Notes under the pieces: generated by a model | The model's database searches: none | Told to the model about the DNA's origin: nothing | What the model saw: the letters and a program-made list of their open reading frames with translations, nothing else | From: Trypanosoma brucei | Lineage: Eukaryota | Direction of reading: 5' to 3' | Length of the DNA: 64,000 nucleotides | NCBI GenBank assembly: GCA_000002445.1 | Contig: CM000207.1 | Span: 1,984,001-2,048,000, forward strand | Position numbers and translations under genes: made by a program | Shown: piece by piece, positions 44,958-54,011 of the stretch | How the letters are laid out: the number at the start of each line of letters is the position of its first letter | How positions within the stretch are numbered: the stretch's first letter is position 1

Positions 44958-45809
44958 ATGGGATACAGGTTGTTGCGTGACAATGTCTTCAAGGCGAGTT
45001 GTGCCAAAGACTCCGACGAGCTTCGAGCGCGGCGAGAGCCGACGATGTTATACAAAGAGGATCAACTAGTTGCCCCAGCGTCAGGCACTGAGCGACGCTA
45101 TACATTGGTACTTGATTTAGACGAAACTGTAATATATGCTCGCGAGGGTCCCCTTTATGCTCGCGCATATTTGAAGGAGTTACTTTCTTTCATAAGGAAA
45201 AACTTTGAAGTTATTGTATGGACAGCCGGTGAGCGGGAGTATGCCGAATGCATCTTGGAAGAGATAAATATACGCAATACAGTTCGACACCTCATACACC
45301 GCCACAAAACTTGGTTCAGTTTTGATGATTATACGAAGGATTTGACAAAGCTCGGACGAAACTTGGACTACGTTATCATTATCGAAAATTCCCCGGACTG
45401 CGTTCGCACGAACCCACAGAACGGTATTATTGTCGATGACTTCAGAGTGAGCCAAACCCCACCCATGGAAGAAGCGGAAGCAGCATGGGAGGGAGACGGA
45501 AATAATAGAGAAAGGAAGGCTGGAAGCAGGAGCGACAGCAAAACACGACGTCAGGTGACAGATCGAACTCTCCTTCTCCTAAGGGAAGTATTAAAGGCGA
45601 TGGTAGAGAGTGGTGAAACGGTCCCTGATTTTCTTGCAAAGTGCCCGTTATTAACTCAACGGCGCGTCATAGGTTCTGACGGTAGCCAAATTCAAACATA
45701 TCATCTCGGGACCCGCCGCAAACGAGGGATACCTCAACTGTGCGCCTCATCACCTAAACGAAGGCGGGTAACGAAGGAATCGGCTCCCGGTGCCACCTGC
45801 ACGTCATAA
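44958..45809 (+). CDS. FCP1/SCP (NIF-like) HAD-family phosphatase
   Basis: DxDxT motif in LVLDLDETVIYA. VIVWTAGEREYA and IIIENSP match the CTD-small-phosphatase fold. This is the last + strand ORF of the array. Confidence 0.85.
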   Translation: MGYRLLRDNVFKASCAKDSDELRARREPTMLYKEDQLVAPASGTERRYTLVLDLDETVIYAREGPLYARAYLKELLSFIRKNFEVIVWTAGEREYAECILEEINIRNTVRHLIHRHKTWFSFDDYTKDLTKLGRNLDYVIIIENSPDCVRTNPQNGIIVDDFRVSQTPPMEEAEAAWEGDGNNRERKAGSRSDSKTRRQVTDRTLLLLREVLKAMVESGETVPDFLAKCPLLTQRRVIGSDGSQIQTYHLGTRRKRGIPQLCASSPKRRRVTKESAPGATCTS

Positions 45810-45954
45810 ATGTTGGTCGCTGAGCGGATGGCCCACCTGAAAGAAAGAGAGAGAAGGTGGGAAGGATAAATCAGAGAGGGAGTTTTCCTCGCTGCGCCTT
45901 TACCCTTCTAATATTGTTATTCTTGATCTATATCTATTTATAAAGATATATTGC

Positions 45955-45972
45955 ATATATATATATATATAT
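45955..45972. repeat. (AT)n microsatellite
   Basis: Alternating AT run about 18 bp long. Confidence 0.9.
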
Positions 45973-47728
45973 TATTGGGGGAAAGTGACACAATTTAACA
46001 CAAAGATTAGGTGTTATGTGTCGTTGTCTCATGGAAAAGTTGCTTCGCCTCACAGTTCATTAAAAAAAAGGATGGGATTGAAGTATCTTTCCACCAACAA
46101 GTATTTAATAATAAAAGAAAGAAAAGAGGGTGTAGATTACAAAACCCGGGTGTTGAGACGAACGTGGGTACGCCTGCCTGCGCATGAGTAAACTTGATTA
46201 TACCTTCGTACACTGAGAGTTTTTGCACATGACGCTTTGTAACTAATATTGTGTTGTCTCCTCTAGCTCTCCTTCCACTTGTTCTTTAGCATATTTCGTA
46301 TGTCGCTGGATCCGGTTTGTTCGATTTTACTTTGCGAGAGTTCGATGGGGGGCTGACGTCCGCTGGCAGGGAACGTAATTGTTGAACCTGAGGAATTTGC
46401 ATTCGGTGAAACTGTTGTTGGGCGGTCTTCGCTTTCAACTGCTGTATCTTTTGGTCTGGGCCCTTGAGTTGTTTTCGTTGTTGTAAGTTGTATGGGTCCG
46501 CCCTTCGTGGGGATTTTGCCCGCTGGGAGGTTCCACTACTCGGGTTGGAGGGCTGTGACTGATCTGTGGTCGATGTGATTCCTGTTTTGGTAGTGTGTTA
46601 AGCTGGAATCCCAGGTGAGCTAAATAGGCGTTTTTCCAGTTGGTCAATCCGGTTATAAAGTTGCTGGACTTGCTTTCGTATCGCCGCCGCTTTTTTCACG
46701 TTCCTGTTCCGCGTTACGGTGGCACTGTTCCACTCGTTGGGTTTCGCTGCTTCTGTGGATAAGGTATGCTGTTATGGCTACTGCCTATGTTACGCAAAAA
46801 AAAAAAATAGCACAAAAGGTGACACAGCGGGACCGGCTACAGCGACTGCCGTTTTGCGAACTATCTGTTACCTGTGATACGGCTATATAGATCCTGTGCC
46901 TTTAAGGGTAGTGGCCCGATTGGAGATTGAAAGCGTATCTTGCGAAGTGTTTTGGGGCCTCCAACAGTTATCCTCATCGAGGTGTTAATGCCCGAAAAAT
47001 GGCGGTCACGCGCTCACACCGCGCCCACTAAAAATTCGCCGCTAGACACTAAGCGGGAAGATGCGGACCGAGCTTAAAGGAGTGTTGTGTTGTTCGAGCT
47101 AAAACAACCCTAGCGCTCTGTGTGTATCCAGTTCTTATTACTTTCTTGTTTGTGTCTTCTGCACCAATCCATCAAGTTATATAGAAGGCCATATATGCGT
47201 GGTTCATGGTTATTATCATAGGCAATCCATTCACGGTGCTCACGATATGGGTGTCTTCATCTCAAATCTCTCTGACAAACTGTCACGTTGGTAAGAAGTA
47301 TAGTCTATTCTACACCTATCAAAGAGCAGGGCGCCCGACGGTATTGTCATCACTTCGCTGGTCCAAAGATTTTGTAGTAGATAAGCTTGAGATACTGTGA
47401 GCACATAATGTATAGTGTGGTGCGGACACTCACCTCCTTTAAAGAAACTTGGCGGTATACAAGCTGTAGTCTGTGTAATATGTTTGCATTCACGGCTATC
47501 TTGTTCAGAAATATGTGCAATCTGACCAGTGATACTTTCTTTCTGCGAGATGGCTCATTGGCAGGATTGAGTGCTGAGGGAGCGGAGTAAAAGTGCCACA
47601 TTATTTTTTTTTTAATTACGTAAGTCGTTGGTGGTGATTGCTACTATAGCGTTCAGTTCTTCATTTTGTTTTTTTTCTCTTTTACCATGGCGTATCGTAG
47701 GACTCTGTTGTCAATTGCAAAAGCAATT

Positions 47729-47730
<2 letters not shown>

Positions 47731-47778
<48 letters not shown>
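47731..47778. repeat. (GTT)16 trinucleotide microsatellite
   Basis: 16 perfect GTT units. This produces the poly-Leu pseudo-ORF at 47666-47848. Confidence 0.95.
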
Positions 47779-47779
<1 letters not shown>

Positions 47780-48301
47780 TGGGGGCCACTGAATGGAGTG
47801 AAACGGCGAGTGTGCGTTTTGTGGCTTCCGCTTCTGCACTGGTTATAAGCATGGTATCATTATAGATGCTGTCAGGGTCCCATTATTCACCATAAGCATG
47901 GAAGTCTTTCGGAGATTGGGCGTCACTCACTGTAGCAAACCATCTTTATGTACTTTTATCACTAATGATAGCCATATCAGGTGATTGTTGTGTGATCGGT
48001 TCCGGGTGGAGCGACTTTCGAGGATTGTTTGTCTTAACGATCTTCCATAAATCTTTAAGGGTCCGTCGCATCGAGTTGTTGAGGATATCATCTTAGTCAA
48101 TTTTGCGGTTTTGTCACCAGTGAGTCAAGCGTCTTCGTAGCGACTTGACTGTATATACGTAACGAAGCCAATTAACACCGAGTGTAGATGCCACTGAGCG
48201 GAATTTTGACCAGAGTTTTTCGAGTTCGATTACTTTTAGCGTCCTGGGGATAGATTCGTCCCCTGTTAGATGAGCTCGTGTTCTTGTTAAAGTTCTATCC
48301 C

Positions 48302-48999
48302 CTATGTGTACGGTATGTTTGTTTCTGTCCCATTTGATGCCGATATAGCCGTATTGTCATCTATACTCCGTTTCGCCATAGGTAACACGGGTTTCTCGGG
48401 CTCTCTTGTTTGTACATTTGTATACACATCCGCGGACTTTGTGGTAGGGGGCGTAATTCGTATGTCGTGGATCCACACGTCGATGATTTTTTGGACGTGG
48501 GGGAGTAGTTGCTCGTCCGTTCGTACGATACGCGGGTCCTCGGCTAGGACTAATAACAATAACTGCATAATTTCCAGTGATCCTACATAGCCGGTAGACA
48601 GCCTCGTGAATTCGTACGCTACTCCATCTTCATCAAAAAACCCAAAGTTTATCTGGGCGCGTGTTGATAATTCATCTTGGAAGGCCGCCGCCTCAAGGCC
48701 CATTGTAAGTGCTGGTGGTGCCCATACCCTAGATAGCAACTCCTGTTTAAAATATAGGCATAAGCTCGGACAATAACCATCTGCATATACTTCATCGTTA
48801 ATTGCTTGTGGCCATAATATCATTCGCCGTTGCCATTTTTTCGCTTCAACTCCATAACGGTATTTGGCCACGCATAGGCTATAATATAGTGTGGATCAAC
48901 CCTACCAATAATATGTGCGTCTTCCAGTTGCCGTGCATCCTCTCACCGAGGCTTGAATGCCGTCTCACATTCGATAATTATGGCATTGTCCTTGGGCAT
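48302..48999 (-). pseudogene. decayed ORF of unknown family (in-frame stop plus frameshift)
   Basis: A - strand ATG at 48999 is preceded by a polypyrimidine tract (complement of 49026-49046) and AG. The reading MPKDNAIIIECETAFKPR hits TGA at 48943-48945 and continues in the same frame as EDARQLEDAHIIGRVDPHYIIAYAWPNTV. The frame then changes at the A6/T6 run (48836-48841) into the 189-aa track ORF, whose own listed start is GTG. Confidence 0.55.
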
Positions 49000-49210
49000 C
49001 CTTTACAGTGCGCTCCATCTTTTTTAAAAAAAAACAAGAGAAATATACACATCCGTTGTCGAAACCGAGGACACGTCCATACAATCAATTGGAAGACGTC
49101 TGCCCCTCTCCTTTTCTCTTGATTCGTCATGCTTCCGGGAGGGGGACCTATGGCTGGGCAAACCAGTTAGGAGACGGCAATCGGACGACAATATGTCATG
49201 ACATGTAATA

Positions 49211-49628
49211 TCACGCAGATGCCAGGTCCGAGTAAATCCAGTCTATGCCGTTTCCAGTGCATGGGACGCCGTTTTGCACTTCCATCATTGTCTCGTCGAT
49301 TTGGTCCAGTCGTTCGGTGATGCGAGTTCGCCCGTTTCTAAGAGACATAAGCGGTTCTTTGAGGTTGGCGAGGCGGTTTTTGACACCCTGCAATTCCTCG
49401 CAGGATATCTTAATGCCTTTAATTTGGTTAATCGTATTGGCATCCAGACGGTTGATGGATTTAACTAACTCGTCCCAGTGTCCGTGTACGACCGTATTTA
49501 GAATCTCTGGACCGACCGAGTGAGTAAGAGAGTGAACCAGTTGAGAGGTCTCGCCGACTGTGATCGACGGTCGCTTTATTTGGGTACGGCGACTCTCACG
49601 AAAGCAATAAGAAAAGTGCAAAACGCAT
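49211..49628 (-). pseudogene. ATG-less coiled-coil-like ORF, possible gene remnant
   Basis: The track ORF starts with TTG, and its first in-frame ATG is at codon 92. An out-of-frame ATG at 49628 (MRFALFLLLS then stop) could be joined to it by a 1-nt indel in the T runs. The sequence is helical and heptad-like (LVKSINRLDANTINQIKGIKISCEELQGVKNRLANLKE). Confidence 0.35.
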
Positions 49629-51523
49629 ATTCACATTCAACGGCTCGCGTTGGCCGGAAAATTCTGGAGGGAACGCAGTTTGTCAGCACGTAGTTAACGT
49701 GCGGGGGGCGGTGCTGTGCGAACTGTGCTTATGATGCTTTATAAAATGATATAAACCAGGCGAGATCTGCATTCATGAAGACCGTCTGTTTCCGGATCGT
49801 GGGGTAGCCGGCGTGTGTGGTGGATGGAACCCTGACCCGCGCGTGGGAAGGCGGTGCAACGCGACCAGATCAAGCAGCTTGCGGGCGTTGCTGACTAATA
49901 GTTGTTAAGAGGCAAACCTGTTGGTTTGGAGGACTTTGGGGCGCACCCGGGTGGAGATGTTTCAGATGCGGAAGGGTTGGAAGAGTTGGAAGGGAGATGC
50001 GAATCCATCATCTTACGCGAAGTGGGAGGCACGAAAAGGAAGCACGGCAACTGTAGCAAAAGCAACGTGAATGCCAGTGGTGTGTTTGCGTTGTTTCCGC
50101 GGCGCTGGAAAGAGTGCAAAGACCGGAAAAATAGAGTTGCGGTTCATGTAAAACCGTATGCGTGCAATGCCCGGTAGTGAAGCAGGATTTAAGAAAAAAA
50201 AAGAGAGATAAACATGCGGGGAGGAAGTTTACGAGTTCAACATGTGAAAGGTGTTTCGTAGCAGGGGCTCTGATAATGCACATCAACCTCGTGAATATGC
50301 ACGGCCCCGTGGCACCGCTAAAGGGACTACGAGCAGTGGAGGGAAAGTGGAGTTAGCCGTAGCCGCGCCGGTGTTGAAACCAAAATAAAAAAAAAGGATG
50401 ACATGGAGGTAACAGTTAAGGAAGGAGAGGATAGAGAGAACAGGGTGGGGTTGGAATAAAATGTTCCTAGTAAACTTTTGATGTTCACGGGGCACGTGGG
50501 ACTCCAAAGAGTAAGGAGAGGTGCGCACTTAAGGCACACACAAGAAAAATGCATACTGAATCCGATTGCGCGCTCCGAGGGGTTTCCTGACGCTTTTATA
50601 AGGAAGTGGAAAGTGTGAAGTGAAACCCACCAGTGCCCCATACTGCGGCTAAACGTAAGCGAGGCGAGTTGGTCTAAAAGGTTTAGTAGGAAGTACACAC
50701 GGCGATGGAAAGAAGGACGTTTACAACAAATTGAAGTTGGGCATCCAAGGATTGCTGAGCCACTTGCCCGAATGCACTGCCGTGGAGAAGCTGAAGATGA
50801 AGCATGAACTAATAGGCTTGACGAAGAAAGTGTCTGATGGGTTCTCTGCCTGTGCTCCCCAGCAGAGAAGGCCCAGACGAATAGAGAAAAAAAAACTCAG
50901 CGAAAAAGAAATTCAATCTAAAAAGAGAAGGGGGTTATCTTCTCACAGGGGGAATACCGACCATCGGAATTGCCACCTTTGGAGTTTTTTTTTGTTAAAA
51001 AAGGGATATAAATATTCTCTTATCTTTGAATGCAGCATTGCCTTTGAGAACTTGAAGAAAAAAAAAGTAGCGAAAGAGGTATTTCAGTTCTTTGCGAAAA
51101 CACAAGTATGTAAGAAAACTCAAGTGCGAAGAGGCCAGTGGTGACAAACACACATATGAAGACCATAAAATTAAGGCTCCTTGTCATCGTGTTCAAGTAC
51201 GGCAAAACAGTTGCTTGCTGATACGTTTACTATTTAAAAATAAAAACATTTTCTTTTTTGCAAAAATAACACAACTACTGCTAAGAAGGTAAACAAGCTG
51301 TTTTACGGGCGTGTCGTCCCTCTGCCGGCATTCCAAACCCTCAAACGAATATTTTGGTTAGAAGGAGCGAATACGCGGCGATGGGATGTATGTCTTTTGA
51401 AAATAAATAAAAAAAAATAAAGAAGTTAAGTGCACACTAGTGCTTTGGAAAAAAAAAAAAATAATAACAATAATAGTAAAAGGATCAGAAAATAGTCCTC
51501 ATTTACATATCCAACACGCACCG

Positions 51524-52093
51524 TTATGACATCATTAACATCGCGGAAACTAAGAGCAGCAATGGAACAACGTTTGTGCTTAACGATGCCGCCAACACCT
51601 CTGTGCCACCTCCATTGGACTCACACTCTCCACCGTCTACGCACGTGTCGGTCTTCGTTACTTCCGTTACATCTTCGGGATCTTCGATGTCATCCTTCTG
51701 CAGGCCATCATCATCACTTTTGACAGCAGGGCTTTTTGTGTCAACATTTGTTCCCTCAACTGCTCCTTTGGTGCCTGAGTTCCCCCCATTCCCCTCTTGA
51801 AGGTTGTTGTCATCACTTTTGTTGGTCGGACCTTTGGGTTTGGCACCTGCTTCTTCATCACTTTTGCTGCCATCGGGATATTCCATATCTTTCTCATACG
51901 GGATGCTGGCCTCCTCCTCTTCTTCTTCTTCTACGTCAGGCGGATCCTCAATGTCTCCTCTACTAACGCCAGGATTGTTGAGGAATTTATTCACCAGCCC
52001 TGCTGCTGCCCCCTTTGCTTCCACTTCTCCATTTAAAAGAGAGCCATTCATGAGCATCGCAACCAAGTATGCCAAAAGAGCCGTTAGCCTCAT
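51524..52093 (-). CDS. small acidic secreted protein, putatively GPI-anchored
   Basis: True ATG start. N-terminal signal-like MRLTALLAYLVAMLMNGSLL. D/E-rich body containing E7 and two DIEDPxDV motifs. The C-terminus ...GGGTEVLAASLSTNVVPLLLLVSAMLMMS has small residues followed by a hydrophobic tail, as in GPI signals. Confidence 0.7.
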   Translation of the reverse strand: MRLTALLAYLVAMLMNGSLLNGEVEAKGAAAGLVNKFLNNPGVSRGDIEDPPDVEEEEEEEASIPYEKDMEYPDGSKSDEEAGAKPKGPTNKSDDNNLQEGNGGNSGTKGAVEGTNVDTKSPAVKSDDDGLQKDDIEDPEDVTEVTKTDTCVDGGECESNGGGTEVLAASLSTNVVPLLLLVSAMLMMS

Positions 52094-52842
52094 CTATTCT
52101 TTTTTCTCTTTTTTTTCGCGTCCCAATGTTGCCTTATCTTGATTTAATTATTTATTTTGAAATAAATACGGGGAGAGCACACCAGGCATTTATATCGAAG
52201 GAATGCTCCCAGAAAAAGTTGGTAACTATCAATGTGAGGCTGTATCAAAAGCAATGTTTGTCCAACCCAAAGGTTTGGTACGATTTGGACAAACTTCCGC
52301 CCCTCCGCTATGCTGAGTTTGTCTCCCACATTCCGTGGGGAATGGACCAGGCCGTGATGAAACTACGGCGGTTCCAGAACCCCCCCCCAAAGGGAAAATG
52401 TTACGGATGCAGCCTCTTTTTGTGTAAAATGTGAAAAAAGTTTTTCGAAAACATGCTTTGAAAGACGATATATGGTTGCGAATTCTCTCCCCCTCCCCCC
52501 CCCCAAAAGACCACATTAACCCTTCGCAGCTGGTCAAATACTCAGGGGTAACTCGTCGTCTTCCCCAGTGCATGCGTTTGCGCGTGTCGGCAGCTGTGGC
52601 GGAGCGTCGATGTCCCTAGTGGGTGCTCGCGTGGCTCAATGCGGAGGTGGGGATAAGACCGCATGATGCGGGAATGTAAGACTCTGACTGGGGACATCAT
52701 TATAAACAACCCTCCCCTCCATGCCTTCAAAAAACGCAAACAGGGTTACACCTCCAACGCCCATGTCGCAAACGAAGGAGCGAAGCCTTGCTGATTTCGG
52801 TTCCAGGAACGATACCATACAAATTTTTAGTGTTGACGCGCG

Positions 52843-52913
52843 GCGCAGTTGGTCTAGTGGTAGAATTCTCGCCTGCCACGCGGGAGGCCCGGGTTCGATT
52901 CCCGGACTGCGCA
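52843..52913 (+). tRNA. tRNA-Gly(GCC): tRNA-Gly (anticodon GCC)
   Basis: 71-nt cloverleaf. The acceptor is GCGCAGT/ACTGCGC plus discriminator A. The anticodon arm is CTCGC-CTGCCAC-GCGGG. The T arm is CCGGG-TTCGATT-CCCGG. The body AGTGGTAGAATTCTCGCCTGCCACGCGGGAGGCCCGGGTTCGATTCCCGG matches canonical eukaryotic tRNA-Gly(GCC). Confidence 0.97.
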
Positions 52914-52916
52914 TCG

Positions 52917-52921
52917 TTTTT
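52917..52921 (+). terminator. Pol III T-run terminator of tRNA-Gly
   Basis: TTTTT begins 4 nt after the discriminator base. Confidence 0.8.
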
Positions 52922-53657
52922 CTGCCGCATGCAGAACCCACCATTTTTTTTTACTTATTTTGGAACGAACTTGCTATTTTTTTTTGTTTGGTTGCTGTTG
53001 TTTGTTTGCCATCATTTCGCTACGGTGACGATAATTCCCCGCCACGCTTTGTCTCCACATTTGCAAAACTTACGCTAACGGAGGGTGCTGTAGAAATATG
53101 AGCGTCCCCCGGAGGCACCGCAAGTCCGCTTGGTACATCAAACCTCAGAGACGAGAAGGGACGAAACTCGTTTAGACCCGATGTTGGTCGGAACGGGCCA
53201 TTCACACAGGTTTCACCGTCGCCGACCCAGCTCACCATACAAAACTACCCCTCCCGCTTAACATCCACGGACACCGAGACGCTCATATGATAATAACTAC
53301 GATTTCGCAGTTGCTGTTTCACAGCGTGTATGAACTGTTTCAAACCACACACGCCAAATGACGCGACACAACAAACTAATAAACACACAGTAAAAAAAAT
53401 GAATGAGCATCCAACTGCGCAAATTCATTGATAGAGAACGCCTGTAAACAAAACCACAAACAATGCAGCCATGTCCACACTAGAAGCGTATAGCACTGTT
53501 ACCTCTCACTAAAGTGTTAAACGGGAACTGCAGCTGCTGCGCTACAGAGTCGATAGTCACAGCGTCCCTCGGTGTTTGCATCCGGAGAGATGATGACGGG
53601 AGGGAACCATTTCCAGCTTCTTTTTCCCACTTCTTTTTTTTTCAGGAGCTTGTAACG

Positions 53658-54011
53658 CTATGCACTCTCTCCGGAGCGTCGCGAGACCTCCAATTCCTCC
53701 TCAACGGTGTCCACATCGAACCCAAGACCCCTCATTTCCTCAAGGTACCGTTGCGTTGGATCACCACTGGCGTCCATTGCTTCTTTTCGTGAGCGCTGCC
53801 TCCGCATGGCATACCCGAAGGCGGCCACACCACCGCCAAACACAAAAAATGCACGCAAGCCGCGCCACGCCAATCCCCGGAGAATCTGTGTGTTTTGCTC
53901 AAAGCACTCCGAACCAATCTTCTCCGCGATTCGCATATTCTGCCGCGTCCGCTCATCAAGCCCCAACGGCGGTTTTTCACCACCACCACCACCATCCCCG
54001 CTCATTGCCAT
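53658..54011 (-). CDS. small single-pass membrane protein, function unknown
   Basis: The track start at 54050 is GTG; the first ATG is at 54011 (MAMSGDGGGGGEK...). There is one hydrophobic Gly-rich segment (AFFVFGGGVAAFGYAM) and an acidic C-terminus. The overlapping + strand ORF at 53660-54250 is low-complexity His/Pro/Arg-rich and is rejected. Confidence 0.6.
   Translation of the reverse strand: MAMSGDGGGGGEKPPLGLDERTRQNMRIAEKIGSECFEQNTQILRGLAWRGLRAFFVFGGGVAAFGYAMRRQRSRKEAMDASGDPTQRYLEEMRGLGFDVDTVEEELEVSRRSGESA

Larger units (their letters stand above)
45810..48301. other. convergent strand-switch region (junction of the + and - polycistronic arrays)
   Basis: All supported ORFs left of 45809 are on the + strand and all right of 48302 are on the - strand. 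There is no intact ORF between them. Confidence 0.75.

Noticed and set aside
47666-47848. 60-aa ORF encoding a poly-leucine stretch.
   Set aside because: It is simply the translation of the (GTT)16 microsatellite in the strand-switch region.
48943-48945. In-frame TGA read as possible selenocysteine, given the selenocysteine-lyase gene in the same window.
   Set aside because: The same ORF also has a frameshift. There is no Cys/Sec redox-motif context, and I see no SECIS-like element. A nonsense mutation in a decaying gene is the simpler reading.
50731-51144. 137-aa + strand ORF in the ORF-free stretch.
   Set aside because: It starts with TTG, is Lys-rich low-complexity sequence generated by A-rich DNA, and is on the wrong strand for the local unit.
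52620-52700. GTGGCTCAATG D-loop-like string and ATGATG/CTGA strings, suggesting a second tRNA or a snoRNA.
   Set aside because: No cloverleaf can be drawn because there is no T arm or acceptor pairing. The box spacing does not fit a C/D snoRNA. It is kept only as part of the low-confidence companion-RNA hypothesis.
53580-53680. Perfect C-box ATGATGA (53588-53594) flanked by a 9-bp inverted repeat (TCCGGAGAG / CTCTCCGGA), suggestive of a C/D snoRNA.
   Set aside because: There is no CTGA D box before the 3' stem arm. The 3' arm lies inside the stop-codon-proximal coding sequence of the - strand gene. This is probably coincidence.
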